This document shows, in pieces, positions 17,063 to 26,486 of a stretch of DNA of 64,000 bases. Within the stretch, counting starts at the first letter, position 1. Every line of letters starts with the position of its first letter. Position numbers and translations under genes: made by a program. The notes below the pieces were generated by a model, which saw only the letters and a program-made list of their open reading frames with translations, searched no databases and was not told the origin of the DNA. The DNA is from a virus: IMG/VR virus record IMGVR_UViG_3300024520_000050, positions 32,001 through 96,000 of that record. One strand, written 5' to 3'.

Positions 17063-18625
17063 ATGCATAAAACAACAAGTACAATATTAACTGGAGTTAA
17101 TCTTCTGGTTGATACTGTTAAACAAACACTAGGAACAAAAGGTCGTACTATTTTATTTAATGATGAGAACAATAGAACTCACATTACTAAAGATGGTGTG
17201 ACTGTTGCTCGTCATATCTTTTCAGAAGATGATTATGAGAATATGATAATTACTGTATTACGTGAAGCATCACTTAAGACTATGAAGTCAAGTGGAGACG
17301 GCACTACAACAACAATGATACTTGCTCAATATATTATTAATGAAGGACTTAAATTACTTGATGAAGGATTAAGTTTTTATGAAATGAGTCGTCAAGTTGA
17401 TGAAGCTGTCAAAGATGTAGTAGATTATATTAATAATACTTCAATTAAAATAGAAGATAATCAAGAATTACTTCGTGAAATTGCAGCTATTTCTTCTAAC
17501 GATGAAAAGCTTGGAGATTACATTTATTCAATCATAGAAGAGATTGGATTATATGGAGATATTGAAGTTAAAGAATCTCAATACTCTGAAACTCGTAAGA
17601 TTCAAACTAAAGGAATGAAGTTACATAAAGGTTGGATGGAGAACTTTATGATGAATGATCCACGTGAATTAAAATTTAAAGCAAATGATTGCCATATTCT
17701 TATTATTGATGATATCATTCAAGCTATTACTGATATTGATCAGTATATTAGACACCTTAATGGAAAACCGTTGGTAGTATTCTGTGATGAGGTTACAGAT
17801 ATTACATTATCCCAAATTCAAAAATGGATGAGTACTACAGGTTATCCTGCATGTTTCGTCCACAATGATGGACACGGAGAACGTAAACAAATATTAATGA
17901 ATGATCTTGCTGCATTAACATCAGCATATGTTATTTCTGCACAAGATCCATTTGATCCTGATAATTTAGGATTCACTGGACAGATACAAGTTGGTGAATG
18001 GCATACATCTATATTAGATGGTGAAAGTGATACGGATATGATTGAAGCTATTACATATGATATTCAAGAAATATTAAATGATGATGCAAATGATGATGAA
18101 ACATTAATTACTAATGTAGATCGTAAGTTTCATAAAAAACGCTTAGCTAATTTAACAGGTGGATTAGCAGTAATTCATGTGGGTGGACGTACACAAATGG
18201 AGATGAAAGAATTGAAGGATAGATTTGATGATGCTGTATTGGCTGTAGGAAGTGCTATTAAACAAGGAGTTAATGTTGGGGGTGGTTCTACTTATATTAA
18301 CTGTCAGAAGATACTAAATAAAAGATATAAGGAATCTAAAGGTAGAGGATATAAATTAATTATAGATTCACTTGATTCCCCATTCAAACAATTATTAACT
18401 AATGCTGATCTATCTAGTCAATTTGGATTTTATAAGAATCAACTTACTAAAGGTAAAGCATTAGATCTTCGTGATAATAAATTATATAACCTTGCAACAA
18501 CAAAATATACAGTGTATGATCCATCATCTGTATTGATTGATTCGTTAATTAATGCAACTGCTGTAGCAAAATCATTACTATCTATAAAAGATGTACTTTT
18601 TGATGGAAAGAAACTAGGCGGTTAG
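17063..18625 (+). CDS. groEL: Phage-encoded group I chaperonin (GroEL-like)
   Basis: TLGTKGR, ITKDGVTVA, GDGTTT, RLANLTGGLAVIHVGG, EMKELKDRFDDAV and GGG. No GGM tail. Confidence 0.95.
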   Translation: MHKTTSTILTGVNLLVDTVKQTLGTKGRTILFNDENNRTHITKDGVTVARHIFSEDDYENMIITVLREASLKTMKSSGDGTTTTMILAQYIINEGLKLLDEGLSFYEMSRQVDEAVKDVVDYINNTSIKIEDNQELLREIAAISSNDEKLGDYIYSIIEEIGLYGDIEVKESQYSETRKIQTKGMKLHKGWMENFMMNDPRELKFKANDCHILIIDDIIQAITDIDQYIRHLNGKPLVVFCDEVTDITLSQIQKWMSTTGYPACFVHNDGHGERKQILMNDLAALTSAYVISAQDPFDPDNLGFTGQIQVGEWHTSILDGESDTDMIEAITYDIQEILNDDANDDETLITNVDRKFHKKRLANLTGGLAVIHVGGRTQMEMKELKDRFDDAVLAVGSAIKQGVNVGGGSTYINCQKILNKRYKESKGRGYKLIIDSLDSPFKQLLTNADLSSQFGFYKNQLTKGKALDLRDNKLYNLATTKYTVYDPSSVLIDSLINATAVAKSLLSIKDVLFDGKKLGG

Positions 18626-18700
18626 GCTTAGTATTAATGATTAAAGAACAATTATTTAAATAAAACAGATTATATTAACAACTAAATTATTAAATTACAA

Positions 18701-19912
18701 ATGAGTGATTATAACATTCCCGAAGCGGAATTAAACTTTAGTAGCTTTACTATTGATGATATTTCAAAAACAGTAAATGCTGCCCAGGCAGATGTTACAA
18801 AAGATAACACACCTGAAGAGGAAGAAGAAACAGTAGAAACGAATCAACCTATAAATGTTCTTACACAAGACGATATACGTACTGTCACTAAAAGTGAAGA
18901 AGATGAAACAATAGAAACAGAAGTTACACCAGAATCAGAAACTACTACTGAAAATGCAGAAGTAGAACCAGAAGGTAAAGCATCTTATGCAGATGAAGTA
19001 TATTCTGCAGCAATTCAATTAGCTAAAGAGAATGGTTTATTGAATATTCCAGAAGAAATGGAAGGTGAAATGACTGATGAAGTTTGGCAAGATCTTTTAC
19101 AAAAGAATGAAGTAGAACGTCAACAACGAACTATAAATAATATTCGCAATAATGCCAAAGATCCTAAAATTGTTGAACTCCTTGATTATGTTATGAACGG
19201 AGGTGGATGGTATGGATTTAATGAAATGCAAGATACTATTCAAGAAGAGATTGACATTACATCATTAGATGAAAGTAAAGAAGAAGATCAACGTTATTTA
19301 ATTGAGTTATATTTAAGTGATGGTTTGGATGCAACAAATCCAGCTCATATACGTAGATTACAAAATATCGATAACGAAGTTAATACTGCTTTTGATAGAC
19401 TTGAAAATGATGCATTATCCAAAGAAGCTAAAAATTATCTATTAGATAAAAATACAAAAGCTAAACAATATATTGCAGACCAACAACAATTACATCAAGC
19501 TCAACAACAAGAGGAAGTCAATCGTCAAGCAGCAGCTAGACAGAATTGGAATAATCAATTCAAAACTACTCTAAATGATCGTAACTGGTCACAGGATAAA
19601 AAGAATAATATTGTAAGTCAATTTGATATTGTTCAATTGGATAACGGAGCAGAGATGGAAATGTGGCAATATAAGTTTGATGCTATTTGGAGAGATCCTG
19701 CAGCAACTCAAATATTCATGGATTTCTTATCAGACTTTGATCCTAGCGCATTACAATTTAAAAAACAAGGACAAACTATTAATAAGCAAGTTACTTCAAC
19801 CATAAAGAACTTGATTAATAAAAAAGCTCAGACCAGCTCAAAAGGTCAACATGTTTCGAAACGTAGAGTCGCTGGAAAGCAATTACCAAAGATCGATCCA
19901 AACAACTTTTAA
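18701..19912 (+). CDS. Putative scaffolding/head assembly protein
   Basis: Acidic disordered N-terminus, helical body, immediately upstream of MCP as in crAss-like head modules. Confidence 0.55.
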   Translation: MSDYNIPEAELNFSSFTIDDISKTVNAAQADVTKDNTPEEEEETVETNQPINVLTQDDIRTVTKSEEDETIETEVTPESETTTENAEVEPEGKASYADEVYSAAIQLAKENGLLNIPEEMEGEMTDEVWQDLLQKNEVERQQRTINNIRNNAKDPKIVELLDYVMNGGGWYGFNEMQDTIQEEIDITSLDESKEEDQRYLIELYLSDGLDATNPAHIRRLQNIDNEVNTAFDRLENDALSKEAKNYLLDKNTKAKQYIADQQQLHQAQQQEEVNRQAAARQNWNNQFKTTLNDRNWSQDKKNNIVSQFDIVQLDNGAEMEMWQYKFDAIWRDPAATQIFMDFLSDFDPSALQFKKQGQTINKQVTSTIKNLINKKAQTSSKGQHVSKRRVAGKQLPKIDPNNF

Positions 19913-19959
19913 AAAAATTTAATTTTTTATATTAACAATCAACAAAACATTTAAAACAA

Positions 19960-21561
19960 ATGTCAGTAAAAAACTTTGAGAATGCTAAAGCGATCCATAA
20001 TGGACAACTTCGTCCAACTGTATTAACAGATGGCCTTTTAGCAACTGGTGAGATTACTGGTCTACACTTAAGCCAAGCTTTCGGTAGTACTGAAAATCTT
20101 GCGACAATTAATATGGGTTATGCACAAATCTTTAGTGCAACTAACCGATATCACAGCAAGCCTATCCTTGGAATGACTGAGGCTAAAGGTAAAGTAAAAA
20201 CAATTAATCGTAGAGGTTTCCGTTGGGAACTATCTGGAGGTAACACACAAAAAGCTCGTATTACACGTGTTGTTTGTACTGATGCTCGTCCAGGTCTACA
20301 TTTACAAACTTTTGATATCGTAGTTGATAAGCCATGGTTTAACGTATCTGATATTATTATTCCTCAGAATAATAAACGTCAATGTCGTGTAAGTACTTTT
20401 GGTAACGGTCAATCACGTAGACATCATCAAGTAGGACCTAACGCTTATCGTTATACTATTCAATACATTACTAATAACGGTAATGAATTCTTACCCGCCA
20501 AGTATATCCAAGAAGGACAAGAATGGTGTAAAGTTTCTAGTGCTGTAGGTGATGAAGATAACATCGATGCTGGTGGATTCCAATTCTACTCAATCTTCGA
20601 AAGTGAAGGTCAAATCCAACAACATGCAATTAAGGTAGAAGTATCTGATAAAGCTGCTCGTCGTGCGAAACAAGCACAAAAAGATGGTAGTGATACAGAT
20701 GAATTCGGTAAATATCTTAAGATGTTATGGGTTAAGTATGAAGACAAAGTAACAGGTGAACCAATGCACCGTTTCATGGCTTTATTAGATGCAGAAGCAT
20801 ATAATGAGTTATACCAAAACGTTGAATGGACATTAATCTTCGGTAAGACATCTAATAACATGGTGACACCAGAAGGACATCAAATCTTAACTGCTTCAGG
20901 ATTACGTCAACAATTAGAATCAGGTTATACACTTGAGCATAATGGTACATTATCTTTAGAAGAATTAGAAGACTGGTTTGATTCAATTATGAAAGACAAA
21001 CTTTCAGAAGGTGAGCAAAAAATCGTTTTATCTGCCGGTCGTGAATTCCGTAAGATGTTCGATAAGATGATCAAAGTAGATGCTAGAGCATTTACAACTA
21101 TTGATACATTATTCCTTCGTAAAGGAGACAACTTCCGTCATATGGATTTTGGTTCTTACTTTGCATCTTATAAAGGTTTCACAGTTGATATTTCTGTAAT
21201 GGAAAATCCAGCTTACGATAATCAATACTACTGCCCACAAATGCACCCAGTGCGTACAGAGGTTTGTATCGATTCATGGAGAGCTGATATCTTGGACTTC
21301 GGATCAAGTAAACAACAAGGAACTGGAGGAGAAACAGATAATATCTGTATGATTCAAGAGTCATACTGTGACTACAATATCACTTACAACGGTAAATGGT
21401 ATGGAGCACATGATGGTAAATCAGGTCAACCAATCACAGATGGTGGTTTAGGACAAGGTGGTGGAGTCTCAGGATATTCTATCCTAAGAGAGAAATCAGC
21501 TGGACTTATGGTTGCTGATGTAACTCGTTGTGGATCAATCTTCTTATCTTTTGACGATTAA
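19960..21561 (+). CDS. Major capsid protein (HK97 fold, crAss-like)
   Basis: 533 aa, position in the head module, Lys/Arg- and Gly-balanced codon usage (CGT, GGT) typical of a highly expressed gene, and motifs QIQQHAIK and GLRQQL..G..L.HNG. Confidence 0.88.
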   Translation: MSVKNFENAKAIHNGQLRPTVLTDGLLATGEITGLHLSQAFGSTENLATINMGYAQIFSATNRYHSKPILGMTEAKGKVKTINRRGFRWELSGGNTQKARITRVVCTDARPGLHLQTFDIVVDKPWFNVSDIIIPQNNKRQCRVSTFGNGQSRRHHQVGPNAYRYTIQYITNNGNEFLPAKYIQEGQEWCKVSSAVGDEDNIDAGGFQFYSIFESEGQIQQHAIKVEVSDKAARRAKQAQKDGSDTDEFGKYLKMLWVKYEDKVTGEPMHRFMALLDAEAYNELYQNVEWTLIFGKTSNNMVTPEGHQILTASGLRQQLESGYTLEHNGTLSLEELEDWFDSIMKDKLSEGEQKIVLSAGREFRKMFDKMIKVDARAFTTIDTLFLRKGDNFRHMDFGSYFASYKGFTVDISVMENPAYDNQYYCPQMHPVRTEVCIDSWRADILDFGSSKQQGTGGETDNICMIQESYCDYNITYNGKWYGAHDGKSGQPITDGGLGQGGGVSGYSILREKSAGLMVADVTRCGSIFLSFDD

Positions 21562-21606
21562 TCAAAAGAAATAAATACATTTTTATAACTTATTAACTAA
21601 CTTAAA

Positions 21607-22692
21607 ATGACTACATATATTCAAAACGATACTAGAAAAATTAGAATCGAACCAAATCCTTTTAGAAGTCAAGGTAACAAATTTAAAATGAAGACTAGGA
21701 AACTCAGTGGCGGACAGCCAGTTGTAAACATACATGGTAAACCTGTGTATACGGATACAACTCCTGAAGCATTATATAGAGTTCCTGGTACGAGTAAAAG
21801 ATTAGCTGCCGCAAGATCAAGTACAAATTCTTTGAGAACTGGCTTAGATCATCTTGTAGATAATCCGTATAAAAACTTAACGACTTATACACAAGAATGG
21901 GAAACTATATTAAAGGGAAAAGACGAAGTTTTACTGCAACACCTATTAGAATATGAATGTGATTATGAAATTAATTTCTTAACACACCGTGTTCAACCAG
22001 GAGCAATTGAATCTGATAAGGTTGATAGAAAATTCTTTGAATCTGTTGAATCAAAACCGAGATTAGATGGAGGTGTGAGCTTCTTAAATATGTCTAATCC
22101 AATACATAGAGTAAATTATTATACTCTATTAGCTCACAAGGCCGTAGCTAATACTTATGAGGAACTTCTTGATGGAGGGAATCTAGATGCTGAATGGTAC
22201 ATCGTAGACGAACAAGCTAAACACGTACGTGAAAAGTCTAAATCTATGAGAGTTGTAGAAGCAGGAGCCGCATTGAAAGAATTATCAGATAGTAATTCTG
22301 ATGCAATGCTTCAAATGGCTAAAGCTTTAGAACTATCAGAAGCAACTGATCGTAATCTTACAGTCGATAGAGCATGGAATGCAATATATACTTATTATAA
22401 TAAAAGTGCATCAAATTTTGATCAATTCATAGTTGTTTATAAATTATGGAAAGATCCAAATAACGGTAGAGATAAATTCGTCGCAATGGCTGATTTATTC
22501 AATTACCAACACCAAGGGTTAGTAAGTTATAAAAATGGAAAATACACATGGTTTAAAACTATTCCAGGAGAACCTACACAAACTTTCATGTTTACTGGTA
22601 AAATGGCGTTCATTACTGAATTCCTATTAGCACCACAACAACAAGAGAATGTAGAATTTCTTCAGGATGAATATGAAAACAAAATTAAATAA
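21607..22692 (+). CDS. Conserved post-MCP protein (crAss-like head module)
   Basis: Position and size match the gene that follows MCP in crAss-like phages. Confidence 0.55.
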   Translation: MTTYIQNDTRKIRIEPNPFRSQGNKFKMKTRKLSGGQPVVNIHGKPVYTDTTPEALYRVPGTSKRLAAARSSTNSLRTGLDHLVDNPYKNLTTYTQEWETILKGKDEVLLQHLLEYECDYEINFLTHRVQPGAIESDKVDRKFFESVESKPRLDGGVSFLNMSNPIHRVNYYTLLAHKAVANTYEELLDGGNLDAEWYIVDEQAKHVREKSKSMRVVEAGAALKELSDSNSDAMLQMAKALELSEATDRNLTVDRAWNAIYTYYNKSASNFDQFIVVYKLWKDPNNGRDKFVAMADLFNYQHQGLVSYKNGKYTWFKTIPGEPTQTFMFTGKMAFITEFLLAPQQQENVEFLQDEYENKIK

Positions 22693-22694
22693 CA

Positions 22695-23537
22695 ATGCGA
22701 ATAGAACAGGCGCATTATCAATTTGAACTCTTATGGGATCGGGTCGCATCAAATGATCGGCCCGACTTCATGCCTTGGGAAAAGGATGAGTTCTTGAATA
22801 ATGCACAATGGATATTTTTGGAAGAAAGATATGAGTTAAGTAAACTTCGAAAAGGTTTTGAAGTAGATCAACTTACTATATCTGAATTAGCCAACTTACA
22901 CATTAAGTCTCCTGAGCTACAACCCGCTGTTACTCCTACAGATTTAACTGGAGGAAGATACGAAGTAAGACTTGATAATTTAGGTAATAATATTAATGGT
23001 CAATACTTTAGATATTTATTTTTAACAAAAGCTGAGATTACAATTGTAAAAGATAGTTGTACAAAGAAAGTCAGGCTTAAGATTCATCAAACAGATGATT
23101 TAAAAACTACTTTTAATCAACCTGATTGGGATTGGAATACAATACATGGTCAATTTGGAAAGTCAACATTTATAGCAACACCTACTACATCAATTGTAAT
23201 AGATGATACATTAGATAGATTGATGGACTTAGTGGCTGTTCCTGTACTTGCAACCGGACGATTTAATAATGATCAGTTGCAATCTTTATATCTTGATACA
23301 ACCGATATAGATGATGTTTCACAATACACTGTAACTAGTGCATGCATTAGTTATATTAAGTATCCTAATAGGGTATTCATTGGGGGATATGATCATATAG
23401 ATGGACAATCAACTTCAACTACACCTCAAATTCAATTTGATATAGACGAAGCGTTTCATCCTAAAATTGTTAAAATAGCAGTAGATCTTGCTATGATGGC
23501 AAATGGAGAAAAACAACAAGCTAAAACACAAAAATAA
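22695..23537 (+). CDS. Tail ring / head-tail connector protein
   Basis: F....DRV.S...PDF...EKDEFLNNAQ...YIKYP...FH..IVKIAV pattern of P22 gp4-like ring proteins. Confidence 0.65.
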   Translation: MRIEQAHYQFELLWDRVASNDRPDFMPWEKDEFLNNAQWIFLEERYELSKLRKGFEVDQLTISELANLHIKSPELQPAVTPTDLTGGRYEVRLDNLGNNINGQYFRYLFLTKAEITIVKDSCTKKVRLKIHQTDDLKTTFNQPDWDWNTIHGQFGKSTFIATPTTSIVIDDTLDRLMDLVAVPVLATGRFNNDQLQSLYLDTTDIDDVSQYTVTSACISYIKYPNRVFIGGYDHIDGQSTSTTPQIQFDIDEAFHPKIVKIAVDLAMMANGEKQQAKTQK

Positions 23538-23572
23538 TATTAAACAATTTAATAATTAAATTTACTTAAACA

Positions 23573-24967
23573 ATGATAACAAAACACAGTCAAACAAAGT
23601 ACTTCGTATTGCACCCAAATGCAGTAGGTCCTACAGGAGTAGGTACTCTTTATAGTACAGCTACATTTTTACCTACAATGCCAGTTAATGCACTTGGATT
23701 TTATTCTCCAGTTGCAGGAAGTGGTAATCACAATCACTCTAATGGTGCGCCAGGAACAGCTTTTAAAGTAATCCAACGCAGAGATACTAGTGGTGATAAC
23801 TCACCTCTTTATAATCGTCCATGGGATGATTCAAGTTGGATTAACGCAAGTTGTTCAATAGGAGTTGTAATGAATCAAGTTAATGCTGCTTTAGGTAGTA
23901 ATGACTGTCACTTAGTAGGTAACCCTGCAGTTACTGCAGATGATATTGTTCCTGCTGATTTAACAACTTTTAGCTTACAAGCTTCAGGTCATGGTGATCG
24001 TACAGAATTATATAATAGTAATTATAGTACACCAACAACTTTTGGTACTTACACAACTCCTGATTTCTCATTGGGAACGTTGACAGTAGCACAACAAACA
24101 GATATGATCGTAGCTAATTTAGCTATGGATTTCAATAACAAATCTAAAGATATGTCATTCGTAATGGCATTATCTTCTGCAGGTGGAGCAGGAACAGGAG
24201 CAACTCCTATTCTTAATTTAAGCAATGGAACTGTTGCAGTTGGAACAGAAGTTATACTTGGATTTGATTCTAGTGGTAATACGCATTCTTTCATACTTAC
24301 ATCTGAAATGGTTACATCATTTGCTGCTTTAGAAGCTGCATTAGTAGCAGCACCATACTCTTTTGGAGCTGGAGCAGTTGACCTTGTACCTTATGTAATT
24401 CCTGGAACTACTGGCCCAGCCGCTGGATATGTTCGTGCAGGTCTTACTAATACAATGGACATGTTTGCGTTCATGGCTTTAGATGAAGGAAAAGCAATGT
24501 ATGACTACAGAATGGCTACTAAACGTAGAATTGAAATTGGTCTTACAGCTGGTCTAGACAACGTACCTCAAGTAAGAGTTGCAACTGGTGACGAAGGCGA
24601 AGGATATGCACATCAATTACAAATTGCATATAGAGAACATAACATGTATGAGCAGCATCACGTATCACGTATGCCTTATAACTCTTACAATGTTGAATTC
24701 CCTAATACTATCTTAGCTGATGGATTTTATGATTACTTCATTATAGAGCATTGTGATCAACGTACTGCAACTAGTGGAATGCCAACAGTTAATTTTGAAA
24801 CAACTGTAATAGCAGTAATCAATACAACTATTGGAGATGCTACAACTAATCCTTACTTTACAGGCCACGCATGGGCAGCAAACGCTGTTACACAACGTGC
24901 TTATTTAGTAACTGCATTACAATCATTCAATGCAACTAATTCATTAGGACAACCTACAATAACATAA
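23573..24967 (+). CDS. Virion structural protein (auxiliary capsid protein-like)
   Basis: A/G/T-rich, located after the ring gene in the head-tail block. Confidence 0.5.
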   Translation: MITKHSQTKYFVLHPNAVGPTGVGTLYSTATFLPTMPVNALGFYSPVAGSGNHNHSNGAPGTAFKVIQRRDTSGDNSPLYNRPWDDSSWINASCSIGVVMNQVNAALGSNDCHLVGNPAVTADDIVPADLTTFSLQASGHGDRTELYNSNYSTPTTFGTYTTPDFSLGTLTVAQQTDMIVANLAMDFNNKSKDMSFVMALSSAGGAGTGATPILNLSNGTVAVGTEVILGFDSSGNTHSFILTSEMVTSFAALEAALVAAPYSFGAGAVDLVPYVIPGTTGPAAGYVRAGLTNTMDMFAFMALDEGKAMYDYRMATKRRIEIGLTAGLDNVPQVRVATGDEGEGYAHQLQIAYREHNMYEQHHVSRMPYNSYNVEFPNTILADGFYDYFIIEHCDQRTATSGMPTVNFETTVIAVINTTIGDATTNPYFTGHAWAANAVTQRAYLVTALQSFNATNSLGQPTIT

Positions 24968-24979
24968 ACACATTAAATA

Positions 24980-26194
24980 ATGGCAGATCTCAATTTTTTA
25001 AATATAACAGATTGTGATGCTATAACATTTAATACTCCTACAACCCCAGGTCTACAGTATATCGAGTATATACTGGGATCTGAGGTTAAGGATTTTACAA
25101 ATGTTGATAAGTACACAATTACACATTCTACGAATTGTTGTTCGCCAGGTGTAACTACTAATGTTGCGCCACGCTATCAATTTGTACCTACAAAGGACTC
25201 ATGTGTAGCTGGACCTCCTTCTGGATCATATACTTTCCAGATAGCCGGAATGAATGGATTACTTATTCAGTCATTTACGATATCAACAGGGGGCCCACAA
25301 GCGCCATGGCCTTATGTTGTTACTGCTGCAGGGTTTACTTTTGTCGTACCAATTAATGATGCGCCAGGAGTTACTACAATAACAGTGGTAATAACTACAA
25401 TTTCTGGGTTTGAATATACAGTTGCTTTTGATGTTACACAATCAGGTGTATCATGTGATGGTACAATAGGTAATATAGTTATTACTTATCCAACATTACC
25501 TACTAATATAGTTAGTTCAATAGGGGAATTTGCAACTAGTGGGTTAGTCGCACCAGCAATAGGTATATCATTTACAATAACAGCTGATGTTAGAGGTACG
25601 GCAGGGAACAGCATATTAATTACATTGGATAATGTTAATACCATGGAGCAACTTGTTGCAAATTGGAATGCTACTTATCCAGCTAATACCTGTAGTATAG
25701 TTTATACATTAGGTTCAGGATACATATCTAATACACCAGTAAGTGTACAATTATCAGGTGGAGTTGCAGTACCTACAGCAGGAGCTGAATTATCACTTAA
25801 TTCTCTATTAGTTAAAACAACTTTGAGCGCAGGTACATACGAAGTTATCTTTTGCGAGGTACTTCAAAACGCAACTTCAACATGTATACAAAATCATATA
25901 TTTATTGATTGTGGGCCACTTAAGTGTGAAGTAGTTAATAAATTAGTACTATGTGTAGATTCTAACATAATGGATATATACAATGCGCTATCATGGGGAA
26001 ACTCTTGTACTGATACAGTTACTTATACTGAATTCTGTGCACTATATGAAATATTAACAATCATATTAGAAACAGATGGATGTTACGGTAGCCTGGATGA
26101 ATGTAACTGCTCAAGTGCAGTAACAATAGCAAATAGTCTTAGCCCAATAGCATACCCAACTCAATCAAACGGTAATCCGTGTTCAACATGTTAA
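24980..26194 (+). CDS. Virion structural protein with Ig-like inserts and Cys-rich C-terminus (tail hub-like)
   Basis: T/V-rich beta segments and a terminal C-x-C...C-x-x-C cluster. Confidence 0.45.
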   Translation: MADLNFLNITDCDAITFNTPTTPGLQYIEYILGSEVKDFTNVDKYTITHSTNCCSPGVTTNVAPRYQFVPTKDSCVAGPPSGSYTFQIAGMNGLLIQSFTISTGGPQAPWPYVVTAAGFTFVVPINDAPGVTTITVVITTISGFEYTVAFDVTQSGVSCDGTIGNIVITYPTLPTNIVSSIGEFATSGLVAPAIGISFTITADVRGTAGNSILITLDNVNTMEQLVANWNATYPANTCSIVYTLGSGYISNTPVSVQLSGGVAVPTAGAELSLNSLLVKTTLSAGTYEVIFCEVLQNATSTCIQNHIFIDCGPLKCEVVNKLVLCVDSNIMDIYNALSWGNSCTDTVTYTEFCALYEILTIILETDGCYGSLDECNCSSAVTIANSLSPIAYPTQSNGNPCSTC

Positions 26195-26197
26195 AAT

Positions 26198-26437
26198 ATG
26201 AACCCAAACTTAAAATGCCACTTTGTATCACAATTAGCTAAATTCTCACAACGAGTATTATATGGCTATAGATGTGAAATGGAATCATTATTTGCCGACG
26301 TTAAAACTGTTAGAAGATTCATTACAATTGAAGATAATATTGTAGAATGTGCAGTAAGTGGTACAGTAATTAATGATCTTAATAAATATAGAAAGACGTT
26401 GACAACTAATTATACAAGTGCCTGTAGAGGTTGCTAA
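26198..26437 (+). CDS. Small Cys-containing structural protein (hub partner-like)
   Basis: Coupled to the upstream gene. Ends in CRGC. Confidence 0.5.
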   Translation: MNPNLKCHFVSQLAKFSQRVLYGYRCEMESLFADVKTVRRFITIEDNIVECAVSGTVINDLNKYRKTLTTNYTSACRGC

Positions 26438-26486
26438 ATGAATAATATAACAATAATAATAATAATAATATAAAATATAAAATAAA

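Noticed and set aside
9394-21075. Diversity-generating retroelement TR/VR pair to explain the MCP-like copy
   Set aside because: Mismatches are not confined to adenines, identity is only about 67%, the target is not C-terminal, and no reverse transcriptase is in the window.
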